From positions 1 to 56,681 of the forward strand of contig DATEMN010000001.1 in NCBI GenBank assembly GCA_035275565.1: DNA of 56,681 nucleotides, written 5' to 3'. Positions 44,360-53,839 of the stretch are shown here, one piece after another. The position numbers and the translations under genes were made by a program. This DNA comes from Pseudonocardiaceae bacterium (GTDB lineage: Bacteria > Actinomycetota > Actinomycetes > Mycobacteriales > Pseudonocardiaceae). Below the pieces are notes generated by a model. It was not told where the DNA came from, did no database searches, and saw nothing but the letters and a program-made list of their open reading frames with translations. The stretch's first letter is position 1; the number at the start of each line of letters is the position of its first letter.

Positions 44360-46309
44360 ATGACCGAGGTCTTGCCTCCAGTGACTGCCGCCGTTGGTTC
44401 CGCTCAGCATGCGTGGTTGCTTGTCGCGTTGCCGGCCTTCGGTGCGCTGGTGCTGCTGGTCGGTGGCCGCCGCACCAAGGCGTGGGGTCACCTGTTGGGC
44501 TGCGCGACGGTGCTCGCCGCCTTCGTCTACGGCGTGGTGCTGTTCTCCGAGTGGCTCGGCTTGGGTGCCGAGGAGCGGACCCGGGAGCTGGACCTGGGCA
44601 CTTGGTTCGCGGTCAACGCGCTCCAGGCCGACTATGGCCTGCGGCTGGATCCGCTGTCGCTGACGTTCGTGCTGCTGATCACCGGCGTCGGCGGGTTGAT
44701 CCACATCTACTCGATCGGCTACATGGCGCACGACCCTGGGCGGTACCGGTTCTTCGGGTACCTGAACCTGTTCGTCGCGGCGATGCTCGTCCTGGTTCTC
44801 AGCAACAACTTCGTCACGCTCTACCTTGGCTGGGAAGGCGTGGGGCTGGCCTCCTACCTGCTCATCGGCTGGTACCAGAACCGCCCGAGCGCGGCGACGG
44901 CGGCGAAGAAGGCGTTCCTGATGAACCGGGTCGGCGATGTCGGCCTGGCCCTGGCGATCTTCTTGATCTGGCGGTCGCTGGGCACCGTGCAGTTCTCCGA
45001 GGTGTTCGCTCGCGTGGGGCAGATCGACGGGCCCACTTTGCTGGCGATCACCCTGTTGTTGCTGCTCGGGGCCTGTGGCAAGTCCGGCCAGTTCCCGTTG
45101 CAGGCATGGTTGCCCGACGCGATGGAGGGCCCGACCCCGGTCTCGGCGCTGATCCACGCCGCGACGATGGTGACCGCTGGGGTGTACCTGATCGCCCGGT
45201 GCCACCCGCTGTACGACCTCAGCGAGACCGGCCGGCTGGTCGTCGCGCTGATCGGGGTGATCACTCTGCTGATCGGGTCGATCATCGGCTGCGCCTACGA
45301 CGACATCAAGAAGGTGCTGGCTTACTCCACGGTCAGCCAGATCGGTTACATGATCCTCGCGGTCGGGCTGGGCCCGGCCGGGTACGCGCTGGGCATCGCG
45401 CACCTGCTCACCCACGGCTTCTTCAAAGCCGGGCTGTTCCTCGGTGCGGGCTCGGTGATGCACGCGATGCACGACGAGGTCGACATGCGCCGGATGGGTG
45501 GGCTCGCGCGGCACCTGCCGATCACTTTCGTGATTTTCACCTCGGGTTACCTGGCGCTGGTCGGGTTCCCGTTCCTGTCCGGCTACTACACCAAGGACGC
45601 GATCATCGAAGCTGCGTTCGGTGCCGGTGGCTGGCAGGGCTGGACCTTCGGTGGTCTCGCGATGCTGGCCGCCGGGATCACCGCTTTCTACATGACCCGA
45701 CTGCTGCTTATGACGTTCTTCGGTGCGGAGCGCTGGCGTGACCTGCGCAGCCCCGATGGCCAGAGTTACCACCCGCATGAGTCCCCGCCGGTGATGTGGG
45801 CGCCGATGGTGCCACTGGCGATCGGCTCGCTGGTCGGCGGTTTCTTCCTGATCTCGGGTGAGCGGCTGGCGCACTGGTTGGAGCCGTCGGTGGGCACGTT
45901 GGCACACAGTGCCGAGGCGCCGTTTCCGCACGAGCTGGTCCCGCTGTTTACCGTGCTGATCTCCGCGGCCGGTGCGCTGCTGGCCTGGCTGGTCGTCGGC
46001 AAGCAGCCGGTGCCGGTGCAACGGCCGCAGCGGGTCTCGCTGCCGGTGGCCGCGGCCAGGGCCGACCTCTACGCCAACGCGATCAATGAGACACTCATCG
46101 CCCGGCCCGGTACCTGGCTCACCCGGGCGCTCGTTTTTGTGGACAACAAGGGCGTCGACGGGGTGGTCAACGGCACTGCGGCGCTGCTCGGCGGCACGTC
46201 GGGGCGGCTGCGCAGGTTGCAGACCGGATTCGTGCGGAGCTACGCGCTGGGCATGCTGGGAGGCTCGGTCGTGGTGATCGCCTTGCTGCTGGTGGTGAGC
46301 TACTCATGA
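44360..46309 (+). CDS. nuoL: NADH-quinone oxidoreductase subunit L
   Basis: 649 aa, antiporter-like. ...LGWEGVGLASYLLIGW...AFLMNRVGD...GKSGQFPLQAWLPDAMEGPTPVSALIHAATMV.... The long C-terminal extension is typical of NuoL. Confidence 0.95.
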   Translation: MTEVLPPVTAAVGSAQHAWLLVALPAFGALVLLVGGRRTKAWGHLLGCATVLAAFVYGVVLFSEWLGLGAEERTRELDLGTWFAVNALQADYGLRLDPLSLTFVLLITGVGGLIHIYSIGYMAHDPGRYRFFGYLNLFVAAMLVLVLSNNFVTLYLGWEGVGLASYLLIGWYQNRPSAATAAKKAFLMNRVGDVGLALAIFLIWRSLGTVQFSEVFARVGQIDGPTLLAITLLLLLGACGKSGQFPLQAWLPDAMEGPTPVSALIHAATMVTAGVYLIARCHPLYDLSETGRLVVALIGVITLLIGSIIGCAYDDIKKVLAYSTVSQIGYMILAVGLGPAGYALGIAHLLTHGFFKAGLFLGAGSVMHAMHDEVDMRRMGGLARHLPITFVIFTSGYLALVGFPFLSGYYTKDAIIEAAFGAGGWQGWTFGGLAMLAAGITAFYMTRLLLMTFFGAERWRDLRSPDGQSYHPHESPPVMWAPMVPLAIGSLVGGFFLISGERLAHWLEPSVGTLAHSAEAPFPHELVPLFTVLISAAGALLAWLVVGKQPVPVQRPQRVSLPVAAARADLYANAINETLIARPGTWLTRALVFVDNKGVDGVVNGTAALLGGTSGRLRRLQTGFVRSYALGMLGGSVVVIALLLVVSYS

Positions 46310-47898
46310 GTGGTGGCGGCCTGCTGCTGGCGATGCTGCTGGTACCCCTGGTGGGCAGCGTGGTGGTCGCGCCGATGCGTTCTGCTCCGGCCGCGGCCAA
46401 GGTCACCGCGCTGGTGTTCGCCTTGGGCGAGCTGGTGCTGGCCGCGCTGGCCTGGTCGGCGTACCAGCCGGAAGGAGGACGGCTGCAGCTGCTGCTGTCC
46501 ACCGAGTGGATCCCGGCCTTTGGCGCTCGTTTCGCGCTTGGCGTCGACGGCATCGCGCTGGTGATGATCGCGCTGCTCGCCGTGCTGGTGCCGATCGTGA
46601 TGGGCTCTTCCTGGGAGGAGAAGCTGCCCGAGGGGCGCACCGTGGCGGGTTTCTACGCCCTGCTACTGGCCGCTCAGTCGATGATGATCGGGGTTTTCGC
46701 GGCCACCGACGTGTTCCTGTTCTACCTGTTCTTCGAGGTCATGCTGGTGCCGATGTACTTTTTGATCGGCCGCTTCGGTGGGCCGCGACGGCAGTACGCG
46801 GCGGTGAAGTTCTTCCTCTACTCGCTGCTCGGCGGGCTGGTCATGCTGGCCAGTGTGATCGGCGTGTTCGTGGTGAGCGCCGATCAGCTGGGTCAGGGCA
46901 CCTTCGACTGGGCCACTCTGGTGCGCATCGCCAACGACATCCCGGAGAACACCCAGATCTGGCTGTTCCTCGGGTTCTTCGTCGCTTTCGCGATCAAGGC
47001 GCCGCTGGTGCCGTTGCACACCTGGCTGCCCGACGCCGGTGCGGAAGCCCCGGTGGGTGCTGGTGTGCTACTGGTCGGGGTGATGGACAAGGTCGCCATT
47101 TACGGTTTCCTGCGTTACTGCCTGCCGCTGTTTCCCGACGCGTCGCGCGCGCTGGCCCCGCTGGTGCTGGTGCTTGCCGTCGCCGGGATCCTCTACGCCG
47201 CGCTGCTCGCCGTCGGCCAGTCCGACCTGAAAAGGTTCGTGGCCTACACCTCAGTGGCGCATTTCGGTTTCATCGCGCTGGGGGTCTTCGCCTTCTCCAC
47301 CCAGGGGCAGGCCGGTGCGGTGCTGTACATGGTCAATCACGGCATCTCCACCGGGATGCTGTTCATCGTGGTCGGCATCCTGATCGCCCGCGGTGGCTCC
47401 CGGCTGATCAGTGACTACGGCGGGGTAGCCGCGCTGGCTCCGGTGCTGGCCGGGATGATGCTGATCGCCGGGCTGTCCTCGCTGGCGCTGCCCGGCACCA
47501 ACTCGTTCGTCTCGGAGTTCCTGGTGCTGGTCGGCTCCTACCCGCGCCAGCCGGTGTTCACGATCCTGGCCACGACGGGCATCATCCTGGCCGCGTTGTA
47601 CGTGCTGTGGGTCTACCAGCGGGTCATGCAGGGTCCGGTACGGGGCGCGGCCGTGGTCGGAGTGTTGGCAGAGGGGCCGGGGACCGCGACGGCCCCGGAA
47701 GCGGCGGTGCAGCGGCAGCGCGCCCGGTTCCCTGATCTGTCGATCCGCGAGGTCGTTGTGCTGGCGCCGCTGGTGGCGCTCATTCTGTTGCTCGGGTTCT
47801 ATCCACAGCCAGTGTTGGATGTGATCAACCCTTCGGTCGGGGCCACGCTTACCGAGGTCGGCCTCACCGACCCGGTCGTCGAGCAGGGAGGCAACTGA
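46306..47898 (+). CDS. nuoM: NADH-quinone oxidoreductase subunit M
   Basis: ...FYLFFEVMLVPMYFLIG...FAIKAPLVPLHTWLPDA.... The start overlaps the nuoL stop. Confidence 0.95.
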   Translation: MSGGGLLLAMLLVPLVGSVVVAPMRSAPAAAKVTALVFALGELVLAALAWSAYQPEGGRLQLLLSTEWIPAFGARFALGVDGIALVMIALLAVLVPIVMGSSWEEKLPEGRTVAGFYALLLAAQSMMIGVFAATDVFLFYLFFEVMLVPMYFLIGRFGGPRRQYAAVKFFLYSLLGGLVMLASVIGVFVVSADQLGQGTFDWATLVRIANDIPENTQIWLFLGFFVAFAIKAPLVPLHTWLPDAGAEAPVGAGVLLVGVMDKVAIYGFLRYCLPLFPDASRALAPLVLVLAVAGILYAALLAVGQSDLKRFVAYTSVAHFGFIALGVFAFSTQGQAGAVLYMVNHGISTGMLFIVVGILIARGGSRLISDYGGVAALAPVLAGMMLIAGLSSLALPGTNSFVSEFLVLVGSYPRQPVFTILATTGIILAALYVLWVYQRVMQGPVRGAAVVGVLAEGPGTATAPEAAVQRQRARFPDLSIREVVVLAPLVALILLLGFYPQPVLDVINPSVGATLTEVGLTDPVVEQGGN

Positions 47899-47899
47899 G

Positions 47900-49534
47900 G
47901 TGCTCGACGGTGAGTCGCTGGGGGTAGTTCTGACGCAGGTGCTGACCCAGGTGCTGACCCAGGTCTCGCAGGTGCAGGCGCCTGCGATCGACTACGGGGC
48001 GGTCGCTCCGGTGTTGGTGGTACTCGGGGCGGCCTGCATCTCCGTGCTGGTGGAGGCATTCGTCCCGCGCGCGGGACGGTGGCCGGCCCAGGTCGGACTG
48101 TGCCTGCTCACCCTGGTGCTGGCGGGTGCGGCGCTGGGCATGCACCTGTACTCGTTCTCCCGAGGCGACGTCGGCGACGTCGTGACGCTGTCCGCGACGG
48201 TGGCCGTCGACGGCCCCACGTTGTTCCTGTGGGGCACCCTGCTGGCGCTGGGTCTGGGCGCGGTGCTCCTCATCGCGGATCGGACGGTCGAACCCGGGGG
48301 TGCGTTCACCGCCGACGCCGCGGTGCGCCCGGGTACCGCAGCCGATCGTGCACAGACCGGTACCTCGACAGGCACGTTGACCGAAACCACGATGCAGACC
48401 GAGGTTTTCCCGCTGTTCTTGTTCTCGCTGGGCGGGATGATGGTCTTCACTGCGGCCAACGACCTGCTCACCATGTTCATCGCGCTGGAGGTGCTCAGCC
48501 TGCCGCTGTACCTGATGTGCGGGCTGGCCCGGCGACGCCGGTTGCTGTCTCAAGAGGCGGCCGTCAAATACTTTCTCTTAGGCGCATTCTCCTCAGCGTT
48601 TTTTCTTTACGGGGTGGCCCTGCTGTATGGCTACGCGGGTTCGGTGAACCTGGCTGCGATCGCCGAGGCGTCCGTCGGGAGCGACCGGCCGGACGCTCTC
48701 CTGCTGGTCGGGCTCGCGCTGCTGGTGGTCGGGTTGCTGTTCAAGGGCTCGGTCGGGCCGTTCCATACCTGGACTCCGGACGTCTACCAGGGCGCGCCGA
48801 CACCGGTGACGGCGTTCATGGCGGCCTGCACCAAGGTCGCGGCCTTCGGTGGCATCCTGCGGGTACTGACGGTGGGCTTTGAGGGCACCCGCTGGGAGTG
48901 GCGTGGCCTGCTGTGGGGGGTGGCGATCGTCTCGATGGTGATCGGCGCGGTGCTGGGGCTGACCCAGACCGACGTCAAGCGCATGATCGCTTACTCGTCG
49001 GTGGCACACGCGGGCTTTCTGCTGGTCGGGGCGATCGCGCTGACCGAGCAGGGCCTGTCCGGCACGATGTTCTACCTGCTCGCCTACGGTTTCACCACGC
49101 TGGCCGCGTTCGGTGTGGTCACCCTGGTGCGCGACGCCAACGGTGAGGCCACCCACCTGTCGCAGTGGGCGGGGTTGGCCAAGCGCTCGCCGTTGACCGC
49201 CGCGGTCTTCGCTTTCCTGCTCTTCGCGCTTGCTGGCATTCCGCTGACCAGCGGTTTCACCGGTAAGTTCGCGGTGTTCAGCGCCGCGCTGGCGGACGGG
49301 ATGGCGCCGCTGGTGGTGGTGGCCCTGGTGGCCAGTGCGGTGGCCGCGTTCTTCTATCTACGGGTGGTGGTACTGATGTATTTCAGCGAACCTGCCGCCG
49401 ACGGTCCGACGGTGAGCGTGCCGGGGGCATTCACCACTGCCGCGATCACGCTCGGCGTGGTGATCACCCTGCTGCTCGGGGTGCTGCCCGCCTTCGCCTT
49501 GGACTGGGCCGCGCTCGGCGTGTTCACCTCCTGA
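47900..49534 (+). CDS. nuoN: NADH-quinone oxidoreductase subunit N (start ambiguous: 47900, or GTG codons at 47939/47951/47972)
   Basis: ...NDLLTMFIALEVLSLPLYLMCG...KYFLLGAFSSAFFLYG...GPFHTWTPDVYQGAPTPVTAFM.... Confidence 0.9.
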   Translation: MLDGESLGVVLTQVLTQVLTQVSQVQAPAIDYGAVAPVLVVLGAACISVLVEAFVPRAGRWPAQVGLCLLTLVLAGAALGMHLYSFSRGDVGDVVTLSATVAVDGPTLFLWGTLLALGLGAVLLIADRTVEPGGAFTADAAVRPGTAADRAQTGTSTGTLTETTMQTEVFPLFLFSLGGMMVFTAANDLLTMFIALEVLSLPLYLMCGLARRRRLLSQEAAVKYFLLGAFSSAFFLYGVALLYGYAGSVNLAAIAEASVGSDRPDALLLVGLALLVVGLLFKGSVGPFHTWTPDVYQGAPTPVTAFMAACTKVAAFGGILRVLTVGFEGTRWEWRGLLWGVAIVSMVIGAVLGLTQTDVKRMIAYSSVAHAGFLLVGAIALTEQGLSGTMFYLLAYGFTTLAAFGVVTLVRDANGEATHLSQWAGLAKRSPLTAAVFAFLLFALAGIPLTSGFTGKFAVFSAALADGMAPLVVVALVASAVAAFFYLRVVVLMYFSEPAADGPTVSVPGAFTTAAITLGVVITLLLGVLPAFALDWAALGVFTS

Positions 49535-49538
49535 TCCG

Positions 49539-50549
49539 GTGATGAACGGGTCGACATCTCAGCAGGTCGCCGGTGTGGAGCTGGCCGACCCGGCGCTGCG
49601 CGCCTTCCTGGAACAGGGCTTGACTCGGGTCGAGGAGCTGCTGCACCGGGAGTTGCAGAGCGAGTTCCACTTCCTCACCGAGACCTCGCTGCACCTCGTC
49701 GACGCCGGAGGCAAGCGGTTCCGTCCGCTGTTCACCCTCCTTGCCAGCCAGTTTGGCTCCGACCAGGAGGCAACGGCGGACGTGGTGCGCGCGGCTGCGG
49801 TCGTGGAGCTGGTGCATCTCGCCACGCTCTATCACGACGACGTGATGGACGACGCCACCATGCGCCGGGGGGCGGCGAGCGCCAACGCCCGGTGGGACAA
49901 CACGGTCGCGATCCTTACCGGTGACTTCCTGTTCGCGCATGCCTCCCGACTGGTCGCCGACCTCGGACCGGAGGCGGTGCGGATCATCGCCTGCACCTTC
50001 GCCGAGCTGGTCACCGGCCAGATGCGCGAGACCCTGGGCCCGGTCTCCGGGGATGACCCGGTGGCGCACTACCTGGCGGTGATCGCGGAGAAGACCGGCT
50101 CGCTGATCGCCACCGCGGGCCGCTACGGCGCGATGTTCTCTGGTGCTTCCCAGGAGCGGATCGACGCGCTGCGCCGGTTCGGCGCGAAGATCGGCATCGC
50201 GTTCCAGATCTCCGATGACATTATCGACATCGCCTCGCCAGCCGCCCAGTCCGGCAAGACGCCGGGGACCGATCTGCGCGAGGGGGTCCGCACCCTGCCG
50301 ATGCTCTACGCCTTGACCGAACCCGGCGTCGACCGGCTCCACGTGCTGCTGGCTGGCCCGCTCACTGACGACACCCTGATCGCCGAGGCGTTGAACCTAC
50401 TGCGCAGCTCCCCCGGCCTGGACCGGGCGGCGGTCGCCCTACGCTCTTACACCGACTCCGCCCGCGCCGAACTAGCAGTGCTCCCTCCCGGCCCCGCCAG
50501 AGACGCCCTCTTCTCCGTCACCACCTACCTCCTAGCTCGCACCGCCTGA
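49539..50549 (+). CDS. trans-Polyprenyl diphosphate synthase (hepta-/nona-prenyl type; menaquinone side chain likely)
   Basis: First Asp-rich motif LYHDDVMDD and second Asp-rich motif FQISDDIID. It lies directly downstream of nuoN, as in many actinobacteria. Confidence 0.9.
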   Translation: MMNGSTSQQVAGVELADPALRAFLEQGLTRVEELLHRELQSEFHFLTETSLHLVDAGGKRFRPLFTLLASQFGSDQEATADVVRAAAVVELVHLATLYHDDVMDDATMRRGAASANARWDNTVAILTGDFLFAHASRLVADLGPEAVRIIACTFAELVTGQMRETLGPVSGDDPVAHYLAVIAEKTGSLIATAGRYGAMFSGASQERIDALRRFGAKIGIAFQISDDIIDIASPAAQSGKTPGTDLREGVRTLPMLYALTEPGVDRLHVLLAGPLTDDTLIAEALNLLRSSPGLDRAAVALRSYTDSARAELAVLPPGPARDALFSVTTYLLARTA

Positions 50550-50567
50550 GCCCCTTTGCTGCGCACT

Positions 50568-50620
50568 CTGGATGCAGACTGCGGTTAATTTCGGCCTCAA
50601 GAGGAGCGTTCTGCATCCAG
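50568..50620. terminator. 11-bp perfect inverted repeat between convergent genes (right arm inside the 3' end of the enoyl-CoA hydratase gene)
   Basis: ctggatgcaga (50568-78) ... tctgcatccag (50610-20), with a 31-nt spacer. Confidence 0.25.
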
Positions 50621-51418
50621 CCTGCGCGGGAAGGGGGGCTGGAGGGAGGCCAGTTGTGGGGCGGTTTCGTAGGTCACCGCGTCGGCGTGTAGGGGCATTA
50701 CGGCGGTGGCGCGGAGGGCTGCTTTGGTAGCGATCACGAGGTCGCGGGGGGATGCGGCGGCTCGGCGGGCGAGATTTACGGCGGCGGCCACCACAGCGTC
50801 GTGGGCGGCAGGTGAGCGGGGTTCGTCGCCGTCCGTCTCGATCAAGCGGTAGGCCAGGCCGGTGCGTACTGCTTCCCGGGCGTCCAGCGGCTCACCGAAC
50901 AGTGTCATCGCGGCGGCGGTCTGGGGGCCTGCGACGCGTTGCACCAGCCACGTCATGCCGCCGCCGGGATGGATGCCCAGTTGCAGGAAGCGGGCGTCGA
51001 AAAACGCGCCGGGGCCGACCAGACGCAGGTCGCAGGCCAGTGCCAGGTTGAGGCCAGCGCCCACGGCAGGCCCGTTGACCGCGGCGATAGTGGGCACCGC
51101 GGCGTTTGCCACCGCGAGGAAGCCGGCGTAGATGCGGTGCAGGTCGGTCGCCGAGCCGGACTTACCCGCGGCGGAGAGTGCGCCGAGGTCACCCCCAGCG
51201 CAGAACGCGGGCGGGGCGCCGGTGACCACGATGGCGTGCACTGATTCGTCGTGGTCGCATTCCTCGATGGTACGAGCCAACCGGTCGGACAGATCAAGGG
51301 TCAGGGCATTGCGGTGGGCCGGATCGGACACCGTCACCACAGCGACGCCACCCCGCCGCTCCACAAGTACCTCCACCCGTGAGTGTGTATCAGTGCCATA
51401 GGTCGCATCGCCACTCAC
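50597..51418 (-). CDS. Enoyl-CoA hydratase/isomerase (crotonase) family protein
   Basis: ...VVTGAPPAFCAGGDLGAL...AAVNGPAVGAGLNLALACDLRL.... The GTG start overlaps the Lrp stop (GTGA). Confidence 0.85.
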   Translation of the reverse strand: MSGDATYGTDTHSRVEVLVERRGGVAVVTVSDPAHRNALTLDLSDRLARTIEECDHDESVHAIVVTGAPPAFCAGGDLGALSAAGKSGSATDLHRIYAGFLAVANAAVPTIAAVNGPAVGAGLNLALACDLRLVGPGAFFDARFLQLGIHPGGGMTWLVQRVAGPQTAAAMTLFGEPLDAREAVRTGLAYRLIETDGDEPRSPAAHDAVVAAAVNLARRAAASPRDLVIATKAALRATAVMPLHADAVTYETAPQLASLQPPFPRRLDAERSS

Positions 51419-51861
51419 GGGTCGCGCAGCGGCACGCGTTCCAGCAGGGTGGAGAGAACCACGGTGGAGACCGTCCGGTCCACGAATTCCACCGCCCGGA
51501 GCCGTTCCAGCACGGTCTCCAGCTGCGCGATGCCCCCGGTGCGGAGGTGCACGATCGCGTCCGCCGCGCCGGACACCGTGTATGCTGCCACCACCTCGGG
51601 CAGCGGTGCCAGGCCGGCCCGGATTCGGGTGGGGGACACGTTGCCCCGGCAGTGCACCTCGACGAAGGCCTCAGTGCCCCAGCCCAATGCCCCAGGGTCG
51701 ACTACGGCGGTGAAGCTGCGCAGCACCCCGGCGTCAAGCAGCTTGTCCACCCGGCGCTTCACGGCGGGAGCCGAGAGCCCGACGATATTGCCGATCTCCG
51801 TGTAGCTGGAGCGGGCGTCAGCAACCAGCTGCGCCACGATCTGCCGATCAATCGCGTCCAT
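51415..51861 (-). CDS. Lrp/AsnC family transcriptional regulator
   Basis: MDAIDRQIVAQLVADARSSYTEIGNIVGLSAPAVKRRVDKLLDAGVL... plus a C-terminal RAM domain. Confidence 0.85.
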   Translation of the reverse strand: MDAIDRQIVAQLVADARSSYTEIGNIVGLSAPAVKRRVDKLLDAGVLRSFTAVVDPGALGWGTEAFVEVHCRGNVSPTRIRAGLAPLPEVVAAYTVSGAADAIVHLRTGGIAQLETVLERLRAVEFVDRTVSTVVLSTLLERVPLRDP

Positions 51862-51935
51862 GCGCAATATTCTGCGGGTCTCCAGGCAACACAAACACAT
51901 TGATCTCTGATAAAAGGGCTCTCTACCATCGAATC

Positions 51936-52775
51936 ATGTCATCTGCTCTGCGGTCGGTGCGGTCGGTGCGCTGGGGAACTGCCCGCCGGTACCTCATGTG
52001 CGCACCGCGCTACTTCGCGGTGAGCTACATGATCAATCCGTGGATGGATCCCAGCAGGCCGGTGGATGCTGCGCGGGCGATGGCGCAGTGGACAGCGCTG
52101 GCTGACACCTACCGCGCACTCGGGCATACCGTGGAGCTGATCGACCCCAAGCCGGGCCTGCCGGACATGGTGTTCGCGGCCAACGCCGCCACGGTGATCG
52201 GTGGTGTCGTATTGGGTGCCCGGTTCCGGGACGTGCAGCGGGCCACCGAGGCAGAGCATTACCGGCGCTGGTTCGGCGTACCCGACATGGTGATGCCCCG
52301 CGCGGTCAACGAGGGCGAGGGAGATCTGCGCTGGACCGGCCGGCTGCTACTGGCCGGCACCGGGTTCCGCACCGAACCTGCGGCACATCTAGAGGCGCAG
52401 GAGGTACTCGGGGTGCCGGTGATCTCACTGCGACTGGTCGACCCCTACTACTACCATCTCGACACCTGCTTGCTGGTGCTCGACGACTCCCCGTCACAAC
52501 CGCTGATCGTCTACTACCCGGCGGCGTTCTCGCCCGGCTCGCGGCGGGTGCTGGCGCGGCTGTTCCCCGACGCGATGATCGCCAGCGCGACGGACGCGGC
52601 GTGCCTGGGACTCAACGGCGTGTCCGACGGTCACTCAGTGGTGCTGCCCGTCGAGGCGGTGAATCTGGGCCGCGAGCTGGCCACTCGCGGTTTCGAGCCG
52701 GTGTTCGTCGACATCTCAGAACTCCGTCGGGCCGGTGGTGGCCCCAAATGCTGCACCCTGGAAATCCGTTCATAA
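51936..52775 (+). CDS. Amidinotransferase-fold enzyme (dimethylarginine dimethylaminohydrolase / arginine deiminase-like)
   Basis: ...RRYLMCAPRYFAVSYMINPWM...DMVFAANAA...EGEGDL...YYYHLDTCL...GGGPKCCTLEI (C-terminal catalytic Cys context). Divergent from the Lrp gene. Confidence 0.7.
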   Translation: MSSALRSVRSVRWGTARRYLMCAPRYFAVSYMINPWMDPSRPVDAARAMAQWTALADTYRALGHTVELIDPKPGLPDMVFAANAATVIGGVVLGARFRDVQRATEAEHYRRWFGVPDMVMPRAVNEGEGDLRWTGRLLLAGTGFRTEPAAHLEAQEVLGVPVISLRLVDPYYYHLDTCLLVLDDSPSQPLIVYYPAAFSPGSRRVLARLFPDAMIASATDAACLGLNGVSDGHSVVLPVEAVNLGRELATRGFEPVFVDISELRRAGGGPKCCTLEIRS

Positions 52776-52798
52776 TCCCGCGTGCCAGAGTTGTCGTT

Positions 52799-53785
52799 AT
52801 GGAAGCGAGGACGCGGTACGAGCAGGCCGCCGATCGTGCCGTGGAGTGGCTGGCGATCCGGTTGCGCGACGATGGCTCGTACGGTCCCGAAGCCGATGAT
52901 CTGGCCTGCTACTACAAGTCCCCGTACCTTTTTCAGTTGTCCGGCCGAGCTGGGGAAGCCGCTTGCCTGCTGACGTTCATCCGGGACCGGTTCATGCGCC
53001 CCGACCACGACTTCACCACTTCGGCCGGTCACAAGAGCGATAACGCCGTCTTTACCGAGTACTGGGCCTACCCGAACGGTTGGCTTGCGATGGCCGCACA
53101 ACGGATGGGTCGTTTTGACGTCGCCTATCCCGCCTTGGAGTATCTGCGGTCGTACCATGATCCTGAACAGGGCGGCTTTCTCGGCGCGAATGGGGCGGAT
53201 GCCCTCACTACCGCGCACCTCGGATTGGTCTGCCTGTACTTCGGTGATCTGGAGCGCGCGCACGGCGCGGGCCGTTGGCTGGCGCGGTTGCTCGCGATCC
53301 AGCCGGACCTGGGGGAAGGACTGTTGCTGCGCCGGGACCGCTCCGGGCACATCGTTCGTGACATACCCGAAGGCCAGGCCGTCTTCCACCTCGTGAGCGC
53401 CCACGAGCCGGACCAGGCGTACTTCATGATCGGCTACCCGGTCGCATTCCTGGCTAAGCTGTTTGAAGCAACAGCCGACGATGCGCACCTGCGGGCCGCC
53501 CGTGGCTACCTCGACTTCGGGCTGTCGTGCAACGGCAATCTTCGGTCCTGCCCCACCAGTCACAAGGTGGCTTGGGGAGCCGCCATCCTCGCCAGGATCA
53601 CCGGCGACGCGCGCTGCGCGGAGCTGGCGGTGTCCATCGCTGACCATTTACTCGATATCCAGGATTCCAGTGGTGCCTGGCTTGTCGACCAGCCGGCGCA
53701 CACCACGTTCGACCAAACCGCCGAGATCGCTATTTGGTTACAGGAGATCAGTGCCGAACTGCGGACACCGCGCGGAACCCGGTAG
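52799..53785 (+). CDS. Hypothetical protein; helical-repeat, (alpha/alpha)-toroid-like by pattern (prenyltransferase/terpene-cyclase-like), function unknown
   Basis: MEARTRYEQAADRAVEWLAIRLRDDGSYGPEADDLACYYKSPYLF... and repeated 'G-W' hairpin-like segments. The CDS call is solid, but the functional guess is weak. Confidence 0.45.
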   Translation: MEARTRYEQAADRAVEWLAIRLRDDGSYGPEADDLACYYKSPYLFQLSGRAGEAACLLTFIRDRFMRPDHDFTTSAGHKSDNAVFTEYWAYPNGWLAMAAQRMGRFDVAYPALEYLRSYHDPEQGGFLGANGADALTTAHLGLVCLYFGDLERAHGAGRWLARLLAIQPDLGEGLLLRRDRSGHIVRDIPEGQAVFHLVSAHEPDQAYFMIGYPVAFLAKLFEATADDAHLRAARGYLDFGLSCNGNLRSCPTSHKVAWGAAILARITGDARCAELAVSIADHLLDIQDSSGAWLVDQPAHTTFDQTAEIAIWLQEISAELRTPRGTR

Positions 53786-53839
53786 CCGGTGGGCGCGTTG
53801 CAGTGAGTGGGGCCCGAACACACCGGGAGGTCGACCACT

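Noticed and set aside
44266-46021. 491-aa (+) and 577-aa (-) ORFs overlapping nuoL
   Set aside because: They are alternative or antisense frames of a clearly recognisable nuoL. Their composition (Arg/Pro/Gly-rich) is non-protein-like.
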